Both the position numbers and the translations under genes were made by a program. A stretch of 64,000 nt of DNA. Source: an uncultured Candidatus Saccharibacteria bacterium (GTDB lineage: Bacteria; Patescibacteriota; Minisyncoccia; Sungbacterales; HO2-52-23). Within the stretch, counting starts at the first letter, position 1. Each line of letters opens with the position of its first letter. Shown here piece after piece: positions 9,424 through 20,719 of this stretch. The DNA is taken from contig CAYIAH010000001.1 in assembly GCA_964361495.1 (NCBI GenBank), positions 1,057 through 65,056 of the forward strand, written 5' to 3'. The notes beneath the pieces were generated by a model. The model was not told the origin of the DNA and did no database searches. It saw nothing but the letters and a program-made list of their open reading frames with translations.

Positions 9424-10751
9424 TGGATTTTCAGGGAAAAAGAGTTTTGGTCATGGGTTTGGGCGTGCATGACGGGGGAGTGGGTACGGTCAAATTCCTT
9501 GTCCGGCGGGGAGCGAAGGTGACCATTACCGACCTTCGGCCGCGGCAGGAACTTGCGTCTTCGCTCCGGCAGCTTAAAGATTTCAAACGAATCAGGTATG
9601 TACTCGGCCGTCACTCCCGGCGCGATTTTGTGAATGCGGAGTGCATCATTAAAAATCCGGGAGTGCGTCCTGATTCGCCCTATCTTCTGCATGCGCGCGA
9701 ACACGGGGTTCCGGTGACGAGCGATATGGGAATTTTTTTTGAGGAGTGTCCTTGCCGCATCATAGGAATTACCGGCACAAGAGGAAAATCAACCGCCGCG
9801 TCTCTTATCTGGAAACTTCTAAAGACAAAAATTCCCCGCGTGTGGCTCGGAGGAAATATACGAAAATCAGTGCTTGAATTTTTACCGCGGCTCGGCGCGC
9901 ATGATACGGTCGTGTTGGAACTCTCAAGTTTTCAATTGCACGATCTTCGGGAGACAAAAAAAAGTCCCGGGATCGGCGTGATGATCAATATCATGCCCGA
10001 TCATCTTAATTGGCACGGCACGATGCAGGGGTACATGAAGGCAAAAAGTATTATTTTCAAATACCAGCGTCCTCCGGACATTTTTTTTGCAAATCGGCGC
10101 GACCGCGACGTGCGCCGGCTCGCGCGCCGTGCGCCTGCACAGGTCATTTTTCCTCTGCTGCCGGCCGCATTAAAGAAAACAGTGGACACGAATCTCGGCC
10201 CGCACTATCGCGATGCGGCCGCACTCGCCATCGGCGTCGCGAGGCATCTAGGCGTGGGGGACAAAGATATTATCCGGGAACTCGGCATGTTTCGCGGTCT
10301 CGAGGGAAGGCAGGAAGAGATTGCCGTGATCAATGGAATTCATTTTATCAATGACACCGCCGCGACGATTCCCGAAGCAGTGATTGCGGCGCTCAATCGT
10401 TTCCGCAGACAGACATTAGGACAGAAGCTGATCCTCATTGCCGGAGGCGAGGATAAAAATTTGAAGTTCGGGGATGTGGCGCGCGCCATCCGCCGCGATG
10501 CCGCTCGGGTATTTTTATTGCCGGGGAGCGCCACGGAGAAAATCAAGAAAGAATTGAAAGGGTTTGACGGGATGCACGAAGTGTCTTCCATGAAAGAAGC
10601 GGTTGCGCTCGCATACAAAGAAGCGGGCAGAGGAGATTACATTCTTCTTTCGCCGGGGGCGGCAAGTTTCGGATTGTTTCTCAATGAATTTGACCGCGGG
10701 GAAAAATTTATAGAAGCAATAAAAAATTTACAAGAAAATGCGCACGATTGA
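9423..10751 (+). CDS. murD: UDP-N-acetylmuramoyl-L-alanine-D-glutamate ligase
   Basis: GITGTRGKST, ELSSFQL, DHLNWH, LLSPGAASFGLF.NEFDRG. Confidence 0.95.
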   Translation: MDFQGKRVLVMGLGVHDGGVGTVKFLVRRGAKVTITDLRPRQELASSLRQLKDFKRIRYVLGRHSRRDFVNAECIIKNPGVRPDSPYLLHAREHGVPVTSDMGIFFEECPCRIIGITGTRGKSTAASLIWKLLKTKIPRVWLGGNIRKSVLEFLPRLGAHDTVVLELSSFQLHDLRETKKSPGIGVMINIMPDHLNWHGTMQGYMKAKSIIFKYQRPPDIFFANRRDRDVRRLARRAPAQVIFPLLPAALKKTVDTNLGPHYRDAAALAIGVARHLGVGDKDIIRELGMFRGLEGRQEEIAVINGIHFINDTAATIPEAVIAALNRFRRQTLGQKLILIAGGEDKNLKFGDVARAIRRDAARVFLLPGSATEKIKKELKGFDGMHEVSSMKEAVALAYKEAGRGDYILLSPGAASFGLFLNEFDRGEKFIEAIKNLQENAHD

Positions 10752-11841
10752 CCGCCCGCTTTTGTATGCGACGGGCCTTCTTTTTATCGGCGGACTTTTG
10801 ATTCTTTTTTCCGCGTCAATGGCGTCCGCGGAAGAAAATTTCGGCTCCATTTCTTATTATGTGCTGCGCCAACTCGTCTACGGCGGCGGGGCCGGGCTTT
10901 TAGCGCTTCTGATCACGCAATGGATACCGTATCGGACGTGGAAAAGTTTGGCTCTTCCCCTCATGGCATGCGCGTTTATTATCCTCGCGCTTGTCTTCAT
11001 ACCCGAATTAAGTTATGCAACGCGCGGCGCGCGGCGGTGGCTTGAATTCGGCATTATTCGTTTTCAGCCGTCAGAATTTTTGAAACTTGCATTTATCATT
11101 TATCTTGCGAGCTGGCTTGACGCGCGAAGAAAAGAAGTTGCGACGGTTTCGTACGGAACAATCCCATTTGGTCTGATGCTGTCGGTGGTCGGAATATTTC
11201 TTATCATGCAGCCGGATTTGGGGACACTCGGCGTTATTATCGGGACATCTGGCATTCTTTATTTTCTTGGCGGAGGGGCGAAAGCGCAGATTGCAGCACT
11301 CTTCATTTTCGGCCTTGCGCTCTTCTATCTTGTGATACAAATCGCTCCGTATCAGTATCAGCTTGATCGGTTGAGGGTATTTTTAAGTCCGGGGCTCGAT
11401 CCGCAAGGAACTGGATATCAGATTACGCAGGCGCTCATCGCGATCGGCTCCGGCGGATTCTGGGGCCTCGGATTCGGCGAGAGCCTGCAAAAATACCGGT
11501 ATCTTCCGGAGCCGATGAGCGATTCGATTTTTGCAATCGTTGCCGAGGAATTGGGATTTATTGGAGCGGTTGTCTTGATCGGTTTTTTCGTATTTTTTTT
11601 CTGGAGGGGGCTCGTCATTGCGCGCCGCGCGCCCGATGTCTTTGGAAAACTTCTCGGCGCGGGGATCGCGGTGGGCATAGTGTCGCAGGCGTTTATCAAT
11701 ATGGCCGCGTTGACCGGTCTTCTTCCCTTAACCGGCATTCCGCTTCCCCTCGTAAGTTACGGGGGCACATCGCTGATGGTAACTCTCGCGAGTATCGGGA
11801 TTCTCCTCAATATTTCAAAGCATGCGCGGGTGGGAGCGTAG
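10738..11841 (+). CDS. ftsW: SEDS peptidoglycan glycosyltransferase FtsW
   Basis: GARRW, QPSEFLK, QPDLGT, EELGFIG, SYGGTS; follows murD. Confidence 0.9.
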   Translation: MRTIDRPLLYATGLLFIGGLLILFSASMASAEENFGSISYYVLRQLVYGGGAGLLALLITQWIPYRTWKSLALPLMACAFIILALVFIPELSYATRGARRWLEFGIIRFQPSEFLKLAFIIYLASWLDARRKEVATVSYGTIPFGLMLSVVGIFLIMQPDLGTLGVIIGTSGILYFLGGGAKAQIAALFIFGLALFYLVIQIAPYQYQLDRLRVFLSPGLDPQGTGYQITQALIAIGSGGFWGLGFGESLQKYRYLPEPMSDSIFAIVAEELGFIGAVVLIGFFVFFFWRGLVIARRAPDVFGKLLGAGIAVGIVSQAFINMAALTGLLPLTGIPLPLVSYGGTSLMVTLASIGILLNISKHARVGA

Positions 11842-11906
11842 AATTTGTTTCAATCCCACACTCCAAATTTCGTGACTCGCCGTAATCTTTTTTTGTTATA
11901 ACGACT

Positions 11907-12800
11907 ATGAATAGTCAGCACCCGTCCATAGGAATCATTGGCGTCGGGATGGTTGGCGCGGCGCTCAAGAAATATTTTGAGGAGATGCAAGGGCGTGTCC
12001 GCGACGCCGATTTGTTTTTATATGATACCGACCCCCGTAAAAACTTTGGGGATGATATCAATCACGCCGATATTATTTTTATCGCGGTGCCGACCCCGCG
12101 GCGCAGCGACGGATCTGCGGGACTTGATGCCGTGATATCCGCGCTTGAACAGATTCGCGCCGGGAAAAGAGTGGTTTTGAAATCGACGGTTCCTCCGGGG
12201 ACGACCCAGATGTTGCAGAAACGTTTTCAAGACCTTCAAATCCTCTTTAATCCGGAGTTTCTCACCGAAGCACACGCATGGGAGAATATGATCCATCCTG
12301 ATCGTCAGCTTGTGGGATGGACGTCTGAAAGCAGGGGATCGGCGCCCATGGTGCTCAAACTTTTGCCGAAGGCAGCCGTGATGTCGCCGTCAGCGAATCT
12401 GGACATGACGGCAACCGAAGCGGAGATTGTGAAATACGCCGCCAATTATTTTCTGACGCGCAAAGTCACGTTTGCGAATGCGATGTACGACCTCGCGCGG
12501 CATCACGACGCTGATTATGAATCCATCCGCCGCGGCATTGGCGCCGACCCCCGAATCGGGGCATCGCACCTTGATGTGCATCACGGCGGCTATCGCGGTT
12601 ACGGCGGGTATTGTTTTGTCAAAGACACGGACGGCCTCATTGCGCATTGCCGGACCGAGGGCCTTGAAGAACTCGCGCGCTTTTTTGAAAATGATCGCCT
12701 CTACAACGAAAGGCTTCTCGACGCGCAGGCGCTCACGTCCGAGGATGTGAGCGTGCATGATCACGAATGGATTAGAAACGCGAAGAAAAAAATTATATGA
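11907..12800 (+). CDS. UDP-glucose/GDP-mannose dehydrogenase family protein lacking the C-terminal domain
   Basis: GVGMVG, KSTVPPGTT, NPEFL, GYGGYCFVKD. Confidence 0.9.
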   Translation: MNSQHPSIGIIGVGMVGAALKKYFEEMQGRVRDADLFLYDTDPRKNFGDDINHADIIFIAVPTPRRSDGSAGLDAVISALEQIRAGKRVVLKSTVPPGTTQMLQKRFQDLQILFNPEFLTEAHAWENMIHPDRQLVGWTSESRGSAPMVLKLLPKAAVMSPSANLDMTATEAEIVKYAANYFLTRKVTFANAMYDLARHHDADYESIRRGIGADPRIGASHLDVHHGGYRGYGGYCFVKDTDGLIAHCRTEGLEELARFFENDRLYNERLLDAQALTSEDVSVHDHEWIRNAKKKII

Positions 12801-13708
12801 AATATATCGTGACCGGCGGCGCCGGATTTATAGGATCTCATATCGTTGATATGCTCGTTCAGCGCGGTGATGACGTGCACGTCATTGATAATTTTCTCAC
12901 CGGCAAACGGGAGCGGCTCAATCCGCGCGCGGTGCTTCACGAGACGGATATACGTCATTTTGAAAAATTAGGGAGCATCTTTGCTGGCGCGCGAGGAGTT
13001 TTCCATACGGCGGCACAGCCGCGGATGCAGTATTCAATTGCCGAACCTCGGCTTACGAACGACATCAATATCACCGGCACGCTGAATGTTTTGCTTGCCG
13101 CGCGCGATGCAAATGTTCCTCGCGTGGTGTACTCCGCCTCTTCCTCTGCCTACGGGCCGCGCCATCCCATGCCGCTTTCGGAACAGATGCCGCCGGAACC
13201 GGTAATTCCTTATGCAATCCAAAAGCGGGTTGGAGAGCAATATTGTATCATGGCGTCGCGTTTCTATGGGGTAGAGACCGTGTCGCTCCGTTATTTCAAC
13301 GTGTACGGGCCGCGCCAGACCACGGAACGCGATGGTCCCTATGCGACCGTAATCGGGATATTTCTTGAACAGTGCGCGGGCGGAAAAGCAATGACGGTCG
13401 TGCCCGATGGCGCCCAGCGACGCGATTTCACCCATGTGCGGGACGTGGCGCGAGCAAATCTTCTCGCAATGGATTCTGCGAAAGTCGGACAGGGCGAGAT
13501 CATCAATGTCGGCACCGGTAAAAATTACAGCGTGCTCGAAATCGCAGGTCTCATCGGCGGCGCATGGACATTTACCGCGCCGCGGCAGGGCGAAGTCGCC
13601 GCGACGCTCGCAGACATTACGCAGGCAAAGGAACTGCTCGGCTGGGAGCCGAAAATTTCATTTGAAGAGGGAATTGCGGAATTGAAGACGTTTTCGGGAA
13701 TCGTCTAG
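12797..13708 (+). CDS. NAD-dependent nucleotide-sugar epimerase/dehydratase
   Basis: TGGAGFIGS, YxxxK, RYFNVYGP, RDFTHV. Confidence 0.93.
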   Translation: MKYIVTGGAGFIGSHIVDMLVQRGDDVHVIDNFLTGKRERLNPRAVLHETDIRHFEKLGSIFAGARGVFHTAAQPRMQYSIAEPRLTNDINITGTLNVLLAARDANVPRVVYSASSSAYGPRHPMPLSEQMPPEPVIPYAIQKRVGEQYCIMASRFYGVETVSLRYFNVYGPRQTTERDGPYATVIGIFLEQCAGGKAMTVVPDGAQRRDFTHVRDVARANLLAMDSAKVGQGEIINVGTGKNYSVLEIAGLIGGAWTFTAPRQGEVAATLADITQAKELLGWEPKISFEEGIAELKTFSGIV

Positions 13709-13737
13709 AGTATGTTACATTTTATGCGCGGTTTTTA

Positions 13738-15132
13738 TTATCTTCCTTGCCTTTGCAGAATAGTCGCAACTGTTTTCAAAGCGATGAGAAGATCCAAAAC
13801 AAATGAACGATTTTTGATGTAGTAGATATCGTATTGCATTTTTTGGCGCGCGTCTTCAACAGACGCGTCATTTTTCATGTTGACCTGCGCCCAACCGGTG
13901 ATGCCGGGTGTGGCGAGAAGCCGCATCTCATAGAACGGTATTCTTTGTTTGAGTTCCTCTACATACTCCGGCCGTTCCGGCCGCGGCCCGATAAAAGACA
14001 TCTCGCCGCGGAAAATATTGATAATCTGCGGAAGTTCATCAAGATAGCTTTTGCGCAAAAACGTCCCGACCCGAGTACAACGCGGGTCGCCGCCGTCACC
14101 ATTGCTGTTATCTTTGAGCCCGCCAAAAGATTGCGCATTTTCCACCATGGAACGGAATTTGATAAGTTCAAAAACGCGGCCGTGCCGTCCAATCCTTTTC
14201 TGCCGAAAGAGTATTGCCCCCGGAGAATCGAATTTGATCGCGAACGCAATCATCGGAAACAGTAAAGCTCCGCCGACAAGAGTAATCGCGGCAAGCGTTA
14301 CGTCAAGAAGCCGCTTGAAGAATTCATACGGCGGCTTGCGGATGCCGATCAGGTTTTCAAGAAACCACATCTCCTCAATGAGCGACAGCGGAATCTTGCC
14401 GGTGAGCATTTCATGGAATGCCGGAAATTCCACGACCGCAATTCCCGCGGGAATCAATTGATAGAGCATATTCACAAGAGCGCGATCTTCTTTCGCGCCC
14501 CGCGATATAACGATGATGTCCGCGCCCATTTTTTTGATCTGCGGAGTCAAATTTTCCGCACCGAGTTCATAATGAGGAATTTCCGGGATAAGCGCGGGCG
14601 GGCGCGTCCCCGCGGATATGAGCGCCGCGGGGTGATGTGCGAGATGAGGATTTTGATAGAGATATCGCGCGAGCGCGATATGTTCTTTGTGTTCGCCGAC
14701 AAGGACGACACGGGATGAGAGCGCCGAGACGGTGATATACGCAAAGACATAACGCCAAAGAAAAATAAGACCCATCGCGAGACCCGCGGTGATGGCAAGA
14801 TTACGGCGCGGCTCGATCGTGAGAGGAAAAAGATAGAAGACAGCAACCGCAATCACGACGTTAATCGCCATGGTGCGGGCCAGCCGATAGAAAAATACTT
14901 TAAGACGCTTGAATGAACGCAGTTCATAAAACCCCGAAGCGCCAAAGGCGAGAAGCCAGAAAAGAAAAACGGGAGTAAACGCGGTAAGGTGCAGACGCGC
15001 GATTCTCGGGGTGGGCGCGACGCCGTGGTAACGGATAAAAAGCGTCCAAAAAAGCGCGGCATAGAAAAGTATCACGTCGCCGAATGCAAGAAGAAGCGTT
15101 TTTTTACTGAATTTTGTTTGCCAGCTGATCAT
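13738..15132 (-). CDS. Polyprenyl-phosphate sugar phosphotransferase (WcaJ/WbaP family)
   Basis: KFRSM, DELPQ, MSFIGPRPERP, PGITGWAQV; start placed at MISW. Confidence 0.92.
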   Translation of the reverse strand: MISWQTKFSKKTLLLAFGDVILFYAALFWTLFIRYHGVAPTPRIARLHLTAFTPVFLFWLLAFGASGFYELRSFKRLKVFFYRLARTMAINVVIAVAVFYLFPLTIEPRRNLAITAGLAMGLIFLWRYVFAYITVSALSSRVVLVGEHKEHIALARYLYQNPHLAHHPAALISAGTRPPALIPEIPHYELGAENLTPQIKKMGADIIVISRGAKEDRALVNMLYQLIPAGIAVVEFPAFHEMLTGKIPLSLIEEMWFLENLIGIRKPPYEFFKRLLDVTLAAITLVGGALLFPMIAFAIKFDSPGAILFRQKRIGRHGRVFELIKFRSMVENAQSFGGLKDNSNGDGGDPRCTRVGTFLRKSYLDELPQIINIFRGEMSFIGPRPERPEYVEELKQRIPFYEMRLLATPGITGWAQVNMKNDASVEDARQKMQYDIYYIKNRSFVLDLLIALKTVATILQRQGR

Positions 15133-16285
15133 AGAGATGTATCGTTGAAGCAAGCATCTTATCAAGCGTGAAGTGCGCGCGGTACCGCGCCTGCGCATTT
15201 TTGCCGAACTGCAGCTCTGTTTCTCTATCTTTGATTAATCCTAGGATCGCGTCTGCAAGCCGATGCGGGTCTCTCGGCGGCACAAGAAATCCGGTTTTTC
15301 CGTGATTGATGAGATCAGGAATCCCCCCGACGGCGGTTGCGATAATAGGGATACCGGCGGCCATTGCTTCAAGAATCGCGTAGGGCAGTCCTTCTTTGAC
15401 CGAAGGGAATACAAAACAATCCATTGCGTTCAAGAACCGTGCCCCATCAGGAAGCGCGCCGGCAAGGAAGATATGCTCACTAAGTCCGTATCGGGCGATG
15501 AGGCGCCGAAGAAGCATTTGGTCCTCGCCCTCGCCGATGATGAGCGCTTTGAACTTCAGATTTTTTGTTTTCTCACGAAGTTCGCGAATCGCCTCGATGA
15601 GATACATGAGGCCTTTGTTTTTCGTGAGCTCGGCAATCGTGCCAAAAAGGACTGTATCATTGCTGATTTCTTGTCTCACATATGAAGCGAGGAATGCGCG
15701 CGCTTCCGTGCGCGAGAAGAACGCCGGCGGGGCCATCCCGTTGAAGATAAGCGCGCATTTTTTGGAGCGGATAAACCGTTCCGCTTGCCGCGCGTCAGCG
15801 CGGTTTATCAGAATAATCTTGTCATGAAAAAATGACGCGCACCAGCTTGCAAGAAAAATAAGCGCGCGGATGAACCACGGACGGTTTTCATTAAAACCCC
15901 AACCGTGAACCGTGAAGATAATATAAGGCGCGCGGGTGAACTGGAGCAGGCGATAGAGACCCGCCGCCGCCACGCCCAGAATCCCGATTTTCGTGCTGTT
16001 CAAATGGATGATATCCGGTTTCTCGGCGCGGATGATATTGAAAAGCGAATACCCTGCCTTTATTTCTTTAAACATTCTGACATCGCGGTCAAGCCCCGGT
16101 ATAAAAAAGGTTCGTATGCCCGCTTCTTTGAGTTTTTGAAAAAGCGGCCCGTTGCCGCCTGCCGCTACCGCGATTTGAAAACGTTCTTTCGGAAGATGGG
16201 TGGCGAGATCGTATACATATTTTTGCGCGCCGCCCCAGGCCGATTTTGTGATGATATAAAGGATTTTTCTGGGTGACAATCCCAT
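15104..16285 (-). CDS. Glycosyltransferase family 4
   Basis: GGAQ, HGW, EGLPYAILEAMAAG. Confidence 0.93.
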   Translation of the reverse strand: MGLSPRKILYIITKSAWGGAQKYVYDLATHLPKERFQIAVAAGGNGPLFQKLKEAGIRTFFIPGLDRDVRMFKEIKAGYSLFNIIRAEKPDIIHLNSTKIGILGVAAAGLYRLLQFTRAPYIIFTVHGWGFNENRPWFIRALIFLASWCASFFHDKIILINRADARQAERFIRSKKCALIFNGMAPPAFFSRTEARAFLASYVRQEISNDTVLFGTIAELTKNKGLMYLIEAIRELREKTKNLKFKALIIGEGEDQMLLRRLIARYGLSEHIFLAGALPDGARFLNAMDCFVFPSVKEGLPYAILEAMAAGIPIIATAVGGIPDLINHGKTGFLVPPRDPHRLADAILGLIKDRETELQFGKNAQARYRAHFTLDKMLASTIHLYDQLANKIQ

Positions 16286-16324
16286 ACAGCATACAACGCC
16301 GCGGATCGCGGTTGAGTCGCCCCT

Positions 16325-16333
16325 TGTGGATAA
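16325..16333. promoter_or_regulatory. Consensus DnaA box
   Basis: TGTGGATAA (reverse complement TTATCCACA), intergenic. Confidence 0.5.
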
Positions 16334-16419
16334 GATGCGCTTGACTTTTTATTGAAGATTTGTTACCAGTGTTTATGTGAGTGTTTTCTGACATTACGTC
16401 AGAACTTCAAATTTGTCCG

Positions 16420-16454
16420 GCATAGAACCCCTTCAACGGGGTTTTATGCTTTTT
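16420..16454 (+). terminator. Plus-strand intrinsic terminator between two minus-strand genes
   Basis: GCATAGAACCCC-TTCAAC-GGGGTTTTATGC then T5. Confidence 0.7.
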
Positions 16455-16467
16455 GGATGGGCTTTTC

Positions 16468-17772
16468 TCAACCTTCGCGATACGAAATCTCTCGTAGTTT
16501 ATGGTGATATTTTTTTGCAAAGCGGTGCGATTCATCACGGACGCGCTGAAGGAAATGCATAACGGGACGGGGAAGGGCGCGAAGACGAATAGGAGCCGCT
16601 TTCTCGGAGAGATAGAGCTCTTCTTCCTTTTTTGCAAGCGCGGCGAGCGCGATTCCCGGACTCGCCTTCGTACTGCGAAGCGCCCGGAACGCCGCATTGA
16701 GCTGCGGTTTTCCCCCGTCAATGAGTATTAGTTCCGGATACCGCCACTCATGATGAGCGATCCTTCGACGAAGCACTTCTTGAAGCATTTCTACATCATT
16801 GGACCCGCTCACGGTTTTAATTTTAAATTTCCTATATGCTGATTTTACGGGCGCACCGTTGATAAATACCGACATTGATCCGGTTGCCGCCGTGCCGGAG
16901 ATATTTGAAATATCGTATCCTTCCACGCGCGAGATGCGTTCTCTTGCAAGGAGAGCGCGAAGGATTCGTTCAATTTTATGCCAGCGCATTTCATTTTTCA
17001 AGACGGGTGCGGACGCGAGCGTGCGGCGATGCGCGAATATATTTTTGACTCCCGCGAGCTCGTCGCGAAGAATTGCCGCGCGCTCAAAATTCTTATCTGC
17101 CGAAGCGCGGCGCATCATACGCGCGAGTACGGCCATGAGCGCTGTACTCTTTCCGTTGAGGATTGCAACGATGTTTTTGATATTTTGCTGATATTCATAC
17201 GATTTCAACTTTGGTACTTGTCCATATGTACGCATACAGCATATCCCCGGACAGCGTTGTATTTGCGTGTTAAGGCACGGTCGCGTATGGACGGTTTTAC
17301 ACGTGCAGTAGGGAAATATCCGCCGAAGAAGTCTGAGCGCGACTTTCAGTTCTCGGCCGGAGGTGAAAGGGCCGATATTTTTTGAATCCGCGGAGCTCGT
17401 TGCGGACTCGTGCGTCACATAAATTCTCGGAAATTCTTCGCGGGTGACCGCAACAAAGAAATAATTGATGTCGCTTCGCATGACGACATTGAACGGCGGC
17501 TGGTATTTTTTAATGAGCCGGGCCTCTTGCACAAGCGCCTCTATTTCAGACGCGGTTTCAATCCATTCAAGACGGGTGGCGCGCTGCAGAAGTTCGCGGG
17601 TTTTCCGGCTTGTCGAGGCGCGAAAATATGATGCCACGCGGGTATGTAAATTCGCCGCCTTGCCCACATAGAGCGGCTGATGGTTCATTTTGAAAATATA
17701 GACGCCGGGACCCCGAGGGATCGCATCCCGCCGCAGGCCCGCGCGTATAAGAACAGTTGTTTTTCGGCCCAT
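16468..17772 (-). CDS. uvrC: Excinuclease ABC subunit C, short form without C-terminal HhH
   Basis: GIY-YIG (PGVY...YVGKA.NL), UVR domain FERAAILRD, DISN, DGGKPQL, RDESHRFA. Confidence 0.9.
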   Translation of the reverse strand: MGRKTTVLIRAGLRRDAIPRGPGVYIFKMNHQPLYVGKAANLHTRVASYFRASTSRKTRELLQRATRLEWIETASEIEALVQEARLIKKYQPPFNVVMRSDINYFFVAVTREEFPRIYVTHESATSSADSKNIGPFTSGRELKVALRLLRRIFPYCTCKTVHTRPCLNTQIQRCPGICCMRTYGQVPKLKSYEYQQNIKNIVAILNGKSTALMAVLARMMRRASADKNFERAAILRDELAGVKNIFAHRRTLASAPVLKNEMRWHKIERILRALLARERISRVEGYDISNISGTAATGSMSVFINGAPVKSAYRKFKIKTVSGSNDVEMLQEVLRRRIAHHEWRYPELILIDGGKPQLNAAFRALRSTKASPGIALAALAKKEEELYLSEKAAPIRLRALPRPVMHFLQRVRDESHRFAKKYHHKLREISYREG

Positions 17773-17793
17773 TTTCCTTTATACTATAACGCC

Positions 17794-20682
17794 ATGACGC
17801 GCGCTCATGATACTCATATCCGCATCCGCGGAGCAAGAGTCCATAATCTCAAAAATATCAATGTTGATATCCCGAAGAATAAACTCGTGGTGATCACGGG
17901 TCTTTCCGGTTCCGGAAAATCATCTCTTGCCTTTGATACGATTTACGCCGAAGCGGAACGCCGTTACGTGGAGTCATTGTCCAGTTACGCGCGCCAATTC
18001 CTTGGCCTCAAGGATAAACCCGACGTGGAATCCATCGAGGGGCTCTCGCCCGCAATTTCCATTGACCAAAAATCAGTCTCAAAAAATCCGCGCTCGACCG
18101 TCGCGACGATTACGGAAATATATGATTACCTGCGAATTCTTTTTGCGCGTATCGGCGCGCCCCATTGTCCCCAGTGCGCGGCACCCGTCGGAAAACAGAC
18201 GGTTGATGAAATCGTCGAGACGCTTGTCCGCCTTCCCTCTCGCCAAAAAGTATTGCTTCTCGCGCCGTTCATTTCCGGAAAGAAAGGAGAACATAAGGGC
18301 GTTCTTGAAGAAATCTCACGGGCGGGGTTCTTGAGCGTGCGCATTGATGGAACATATATACTCCTTGACGAGGCGCGCGAGCGGTCATTTGATAAAAACA
18401 AAAAACACTCTATTGATGTCGTGGTTGACCGCTATACGACCGGCCGCGATATTGAGCGCTCACGCATCCGTGATTCGGTGGAGACGGCGCTTAAAATCAG
18501 CAAGGGGGTATTGATCGTCAGCCACGGGACAGAGAAGAGCCCCGATCGCGATCGCGCCACAGCGGATAGGATGTTTTCCGAAAAGTTCGTCTGCAGGACG
18601 TGCGGTATTAATTTTCCCGAAATCGAGCCGCGCACGTTTTCATTCAACAGTCCGTATGGCGCCTGCCCCAATTGCACGGGCCTTGGCGCAACCCTCGAAA
18701 TTGATCCGGCGTTCGTCATTCCGAATCGGCGCCTTTCTCTTGCAGAGGGTGCAATACGGCCATGGGCCTCGGCATCGCACCGGCTCGGGCGTCAAAGCTG
18801 GTACTGGTGGATGCTTTCCGATCTTGCCGACCGATACGGATTTTCTCTTAATGCGCCTGTTGAAAAACTATCCGATGAGATGATCCAAATTATTCTTTTC
18901 GGAGAAGCCCGCGCGCCCGCGGGAAAAGACGCCGCCGGAGCAAAGGGTTCTTTTGAAGGCGTGATCCAGAATCTCATGCGGCGGTGGAAAGAAACCGATT
19001 CTGATTTTACCCGCGCCGAAATTGAGAAATACATGGAGATTAAAGTATGCCCGTCCTGCCGCGGCGCAAGGCTTCGTCCGGAAGCGCTCGCGGTAAAAAT
19101 CGGCAGCGAGAATATCGCATCGGTTGTCAATCGCACCGTCGAGAGCGCGCATGCTTTTTTTGAAGAGCTTAGTGCGGGGCGCGCGGTGAAACTCGGCACG
19201 GGCCAACTGAAGATAGCGCTTCCCTTGATCAAAGAAATCGTGAAGCGCCTCACGTTTCTTTCTGATGTCGGGCTTGAGTACCTCGCGCTTTCGCGCGAAT
19301 CAACGACGCTCTCGGGCGGCGAGGCGCAGCGGATTCAACTTGCCACGCAATTGGGATCCCGCCTCACCGGAATTTTATATATTTTGGATGAGCCGTCCGT
19401 TGGTCTGCATGCGCATGATCATGCGCGCCTCATCGCGACGCTCAAAAGCCTGCGCGATATCGGCAATACCGTGATTGTCGTGGAACATGATGCCCAGACC
19501 ATGCGTGAAGCGGATTGGATCATTGATCTCGGGCCCGGCGCGGGGAAACATGGCGGAAAGGTGCTGTTTAGCGGGACGCCCCGCGCATTACTGAACGCGG
19601 GAACGCCGACGGGAGAGTATCTTTCAGGGAGAAAAATCATAGGGAGCACGGGAACGGATTCAGAAGCGAACATCGCCAAGAGAAAAAATGAAGACCGCAT
19701 CATCGTACGCGGCGCATCGCAACATAATCTAAAAAATATCGATGTCGCGATCCCGCTCGGGCAATTCGTATGCGTCTCCGGCGTCTCGGGATCGGGTAAG
19801 TCAACGCTCGTGAATGACATCCTTGCAAAAGCTCTCCTCGCGCGTCTCCATGGCGCGCATACGATTCCGGGGGCCCATCGCGCAATTGAGGGTGTGGAGC
19901 ATCTCAATAAAACGGTCGTGGTGGATCAGTCGCCCATCGGCCGCACGCCGCGATCAAACCCCGCAACCTACACGGGCGCATTCGGATTCATCCGCGGGCT
20001 CTTTGCGGCGACTATTGAGGCGCGTGCGCGCGGGTATGGCGCGGGACGATTCAGTTTTAATGTAAAAGGGGGGCGGTGCGAGGCGTGCGAAGGACAAGGA
20101 GTGAAAAAAATTGAGATGTATTTTCTCCCTGATGTGTATATTGAATGCGCGGAGTGCCGCGGCAAACGCTACAATCGCGAGGCGCTTGAAATTGAATATC
20201 AAGGAAAAAATATCGCCGACGTATTGGCGATGTCCATTGACGAAGCATTGGAATTTTTTGGTCCGTTGCCAGCGATCCGCAGCCGTTTCGAAACCCTGCA
20301 TAATGTGGGGCTCGGCTATATGCAGGTCGGTCAGCCCGCGCCAACGCTCTCGGGCGGCGAGGCGCAGCGCGTGAAGCTCGCAACGGAACTCGCGCGGCGC
20401 GATACAGGAAAAACGCTCTATATTCTTGATGAGCCGACGACCGGACTTCATTTTGAAGACATCCGGCGGCTTCTCGGAGTGCTCAAAGAGCTCGTGGCGC
20501 GGGGAAACACGGTCGTGGTCATTGAACATCAGCTGGATATTCTCGGCAATGCCGACTGGATTATTGATCTTGGACCGGGCGGGGGATCGCGCGGCGGAGA
20601 AATTATTGGAGAAGGGCCTCCTCGCGCACTCGCAAGAATAAAACGATCATACACGGGACAGTGGTTATCAAAGATAATATAA
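17794..20682 (+). CDS. uvrA: Excinuclease ABC subunit A
   Basis: Two Walker A motifs [13 protein letters not shown] twice, zinc fingers; start placed at MTRAHDTHI. Confidence 0.98.
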   Translation: MTRAHDTHIRIRGARVHNLKNINVDIPKNKLVVITGLSGSGKSSLAFDTIYAEAERRYVESLSSYARQFLGLKDKPDVESIEGLSPAISIDQKSVSKNPRSTVATITEIYDYLRILFARIGAPHCPQCAAPVGKQTVDEIVETLVRLPSRQKVLLLAPFISGKKGEHKGVLEEISRAGFLSVRIDGTYILLDEARERSFDKNKKHSIDVVVDRYTTGRDIERSRIRDSVETALKISKGVLIVSHGTEKSPDRDRATADRMFSEKFVCRTCGINFPEIEPRTFSFNSPYGACPNCTGLGATLEIDPAFVIPNRRLSLAEGAIRPWASASHRLGRQSWYWWMLSDLADRYGFSLNAPVEKLSDEMIQIILFGEARAPAGKDAAGAKGSFEGVIQNLMRRWKETDSDFTRAEIEKYMEIKVCPSCRGARLRPEALAVKIGSENIASVVNRTVESAHAFFEELSAGRAVKLGTGQLKIALPLIKEIVKRLTFLSDVGLEYLALSRESTTLSGGEAQRIQLATQLGSRLTGILYILDEPSVGLHAHDHARLIATLKSLRDIGNTVIVVEHDAQTMREADWIIDLGPGAGKHGGKVLFSGTPRALLNAGTPTGEYLSGRKIIGSTGTDSEANIAKRKNEDRIIVRGASQHNLKNIDVAIPLGQFVCVSGVSGSGKSTLVNDILAKALLARLHGAHTIPGAHRAIEGVEHLNKTVVVDQSPIGRTPRSNPATYTGAFGFIRGLFAATIEARARGYGAGRFSFNVKGGRCEACEGQGVKKIEMYFLPDVYIECAECRGKRYNREALEIEYQGKNIADVLAMSIDEALEFFGPLPAIRSRFETLHNVGLGYMQVGQPAPTLSGGEAQRVKLATELARRDTGKTLYILDEPTTGLHFEDIRRLLGVLKELVARGNTVVVIEHQLDILGNADWIIDLGPGGGSRGGEIIGEGPPRALARIKRSYTGQWLSKII

Positions 20683-20719
20683 ATAAATCACGACGACGCG
20701 CCGCCCCATAGTTATTTCA

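Noticed and set aside
17680-17793. Long N-terminal extensions in the ORF track (uvrA, frr, atpG, murG, rpsI, vWA gene)
   Set aside because: They overlap neighbouring genes or repeats; downstream ATGs fit family N-termini and promoter or SD signals.
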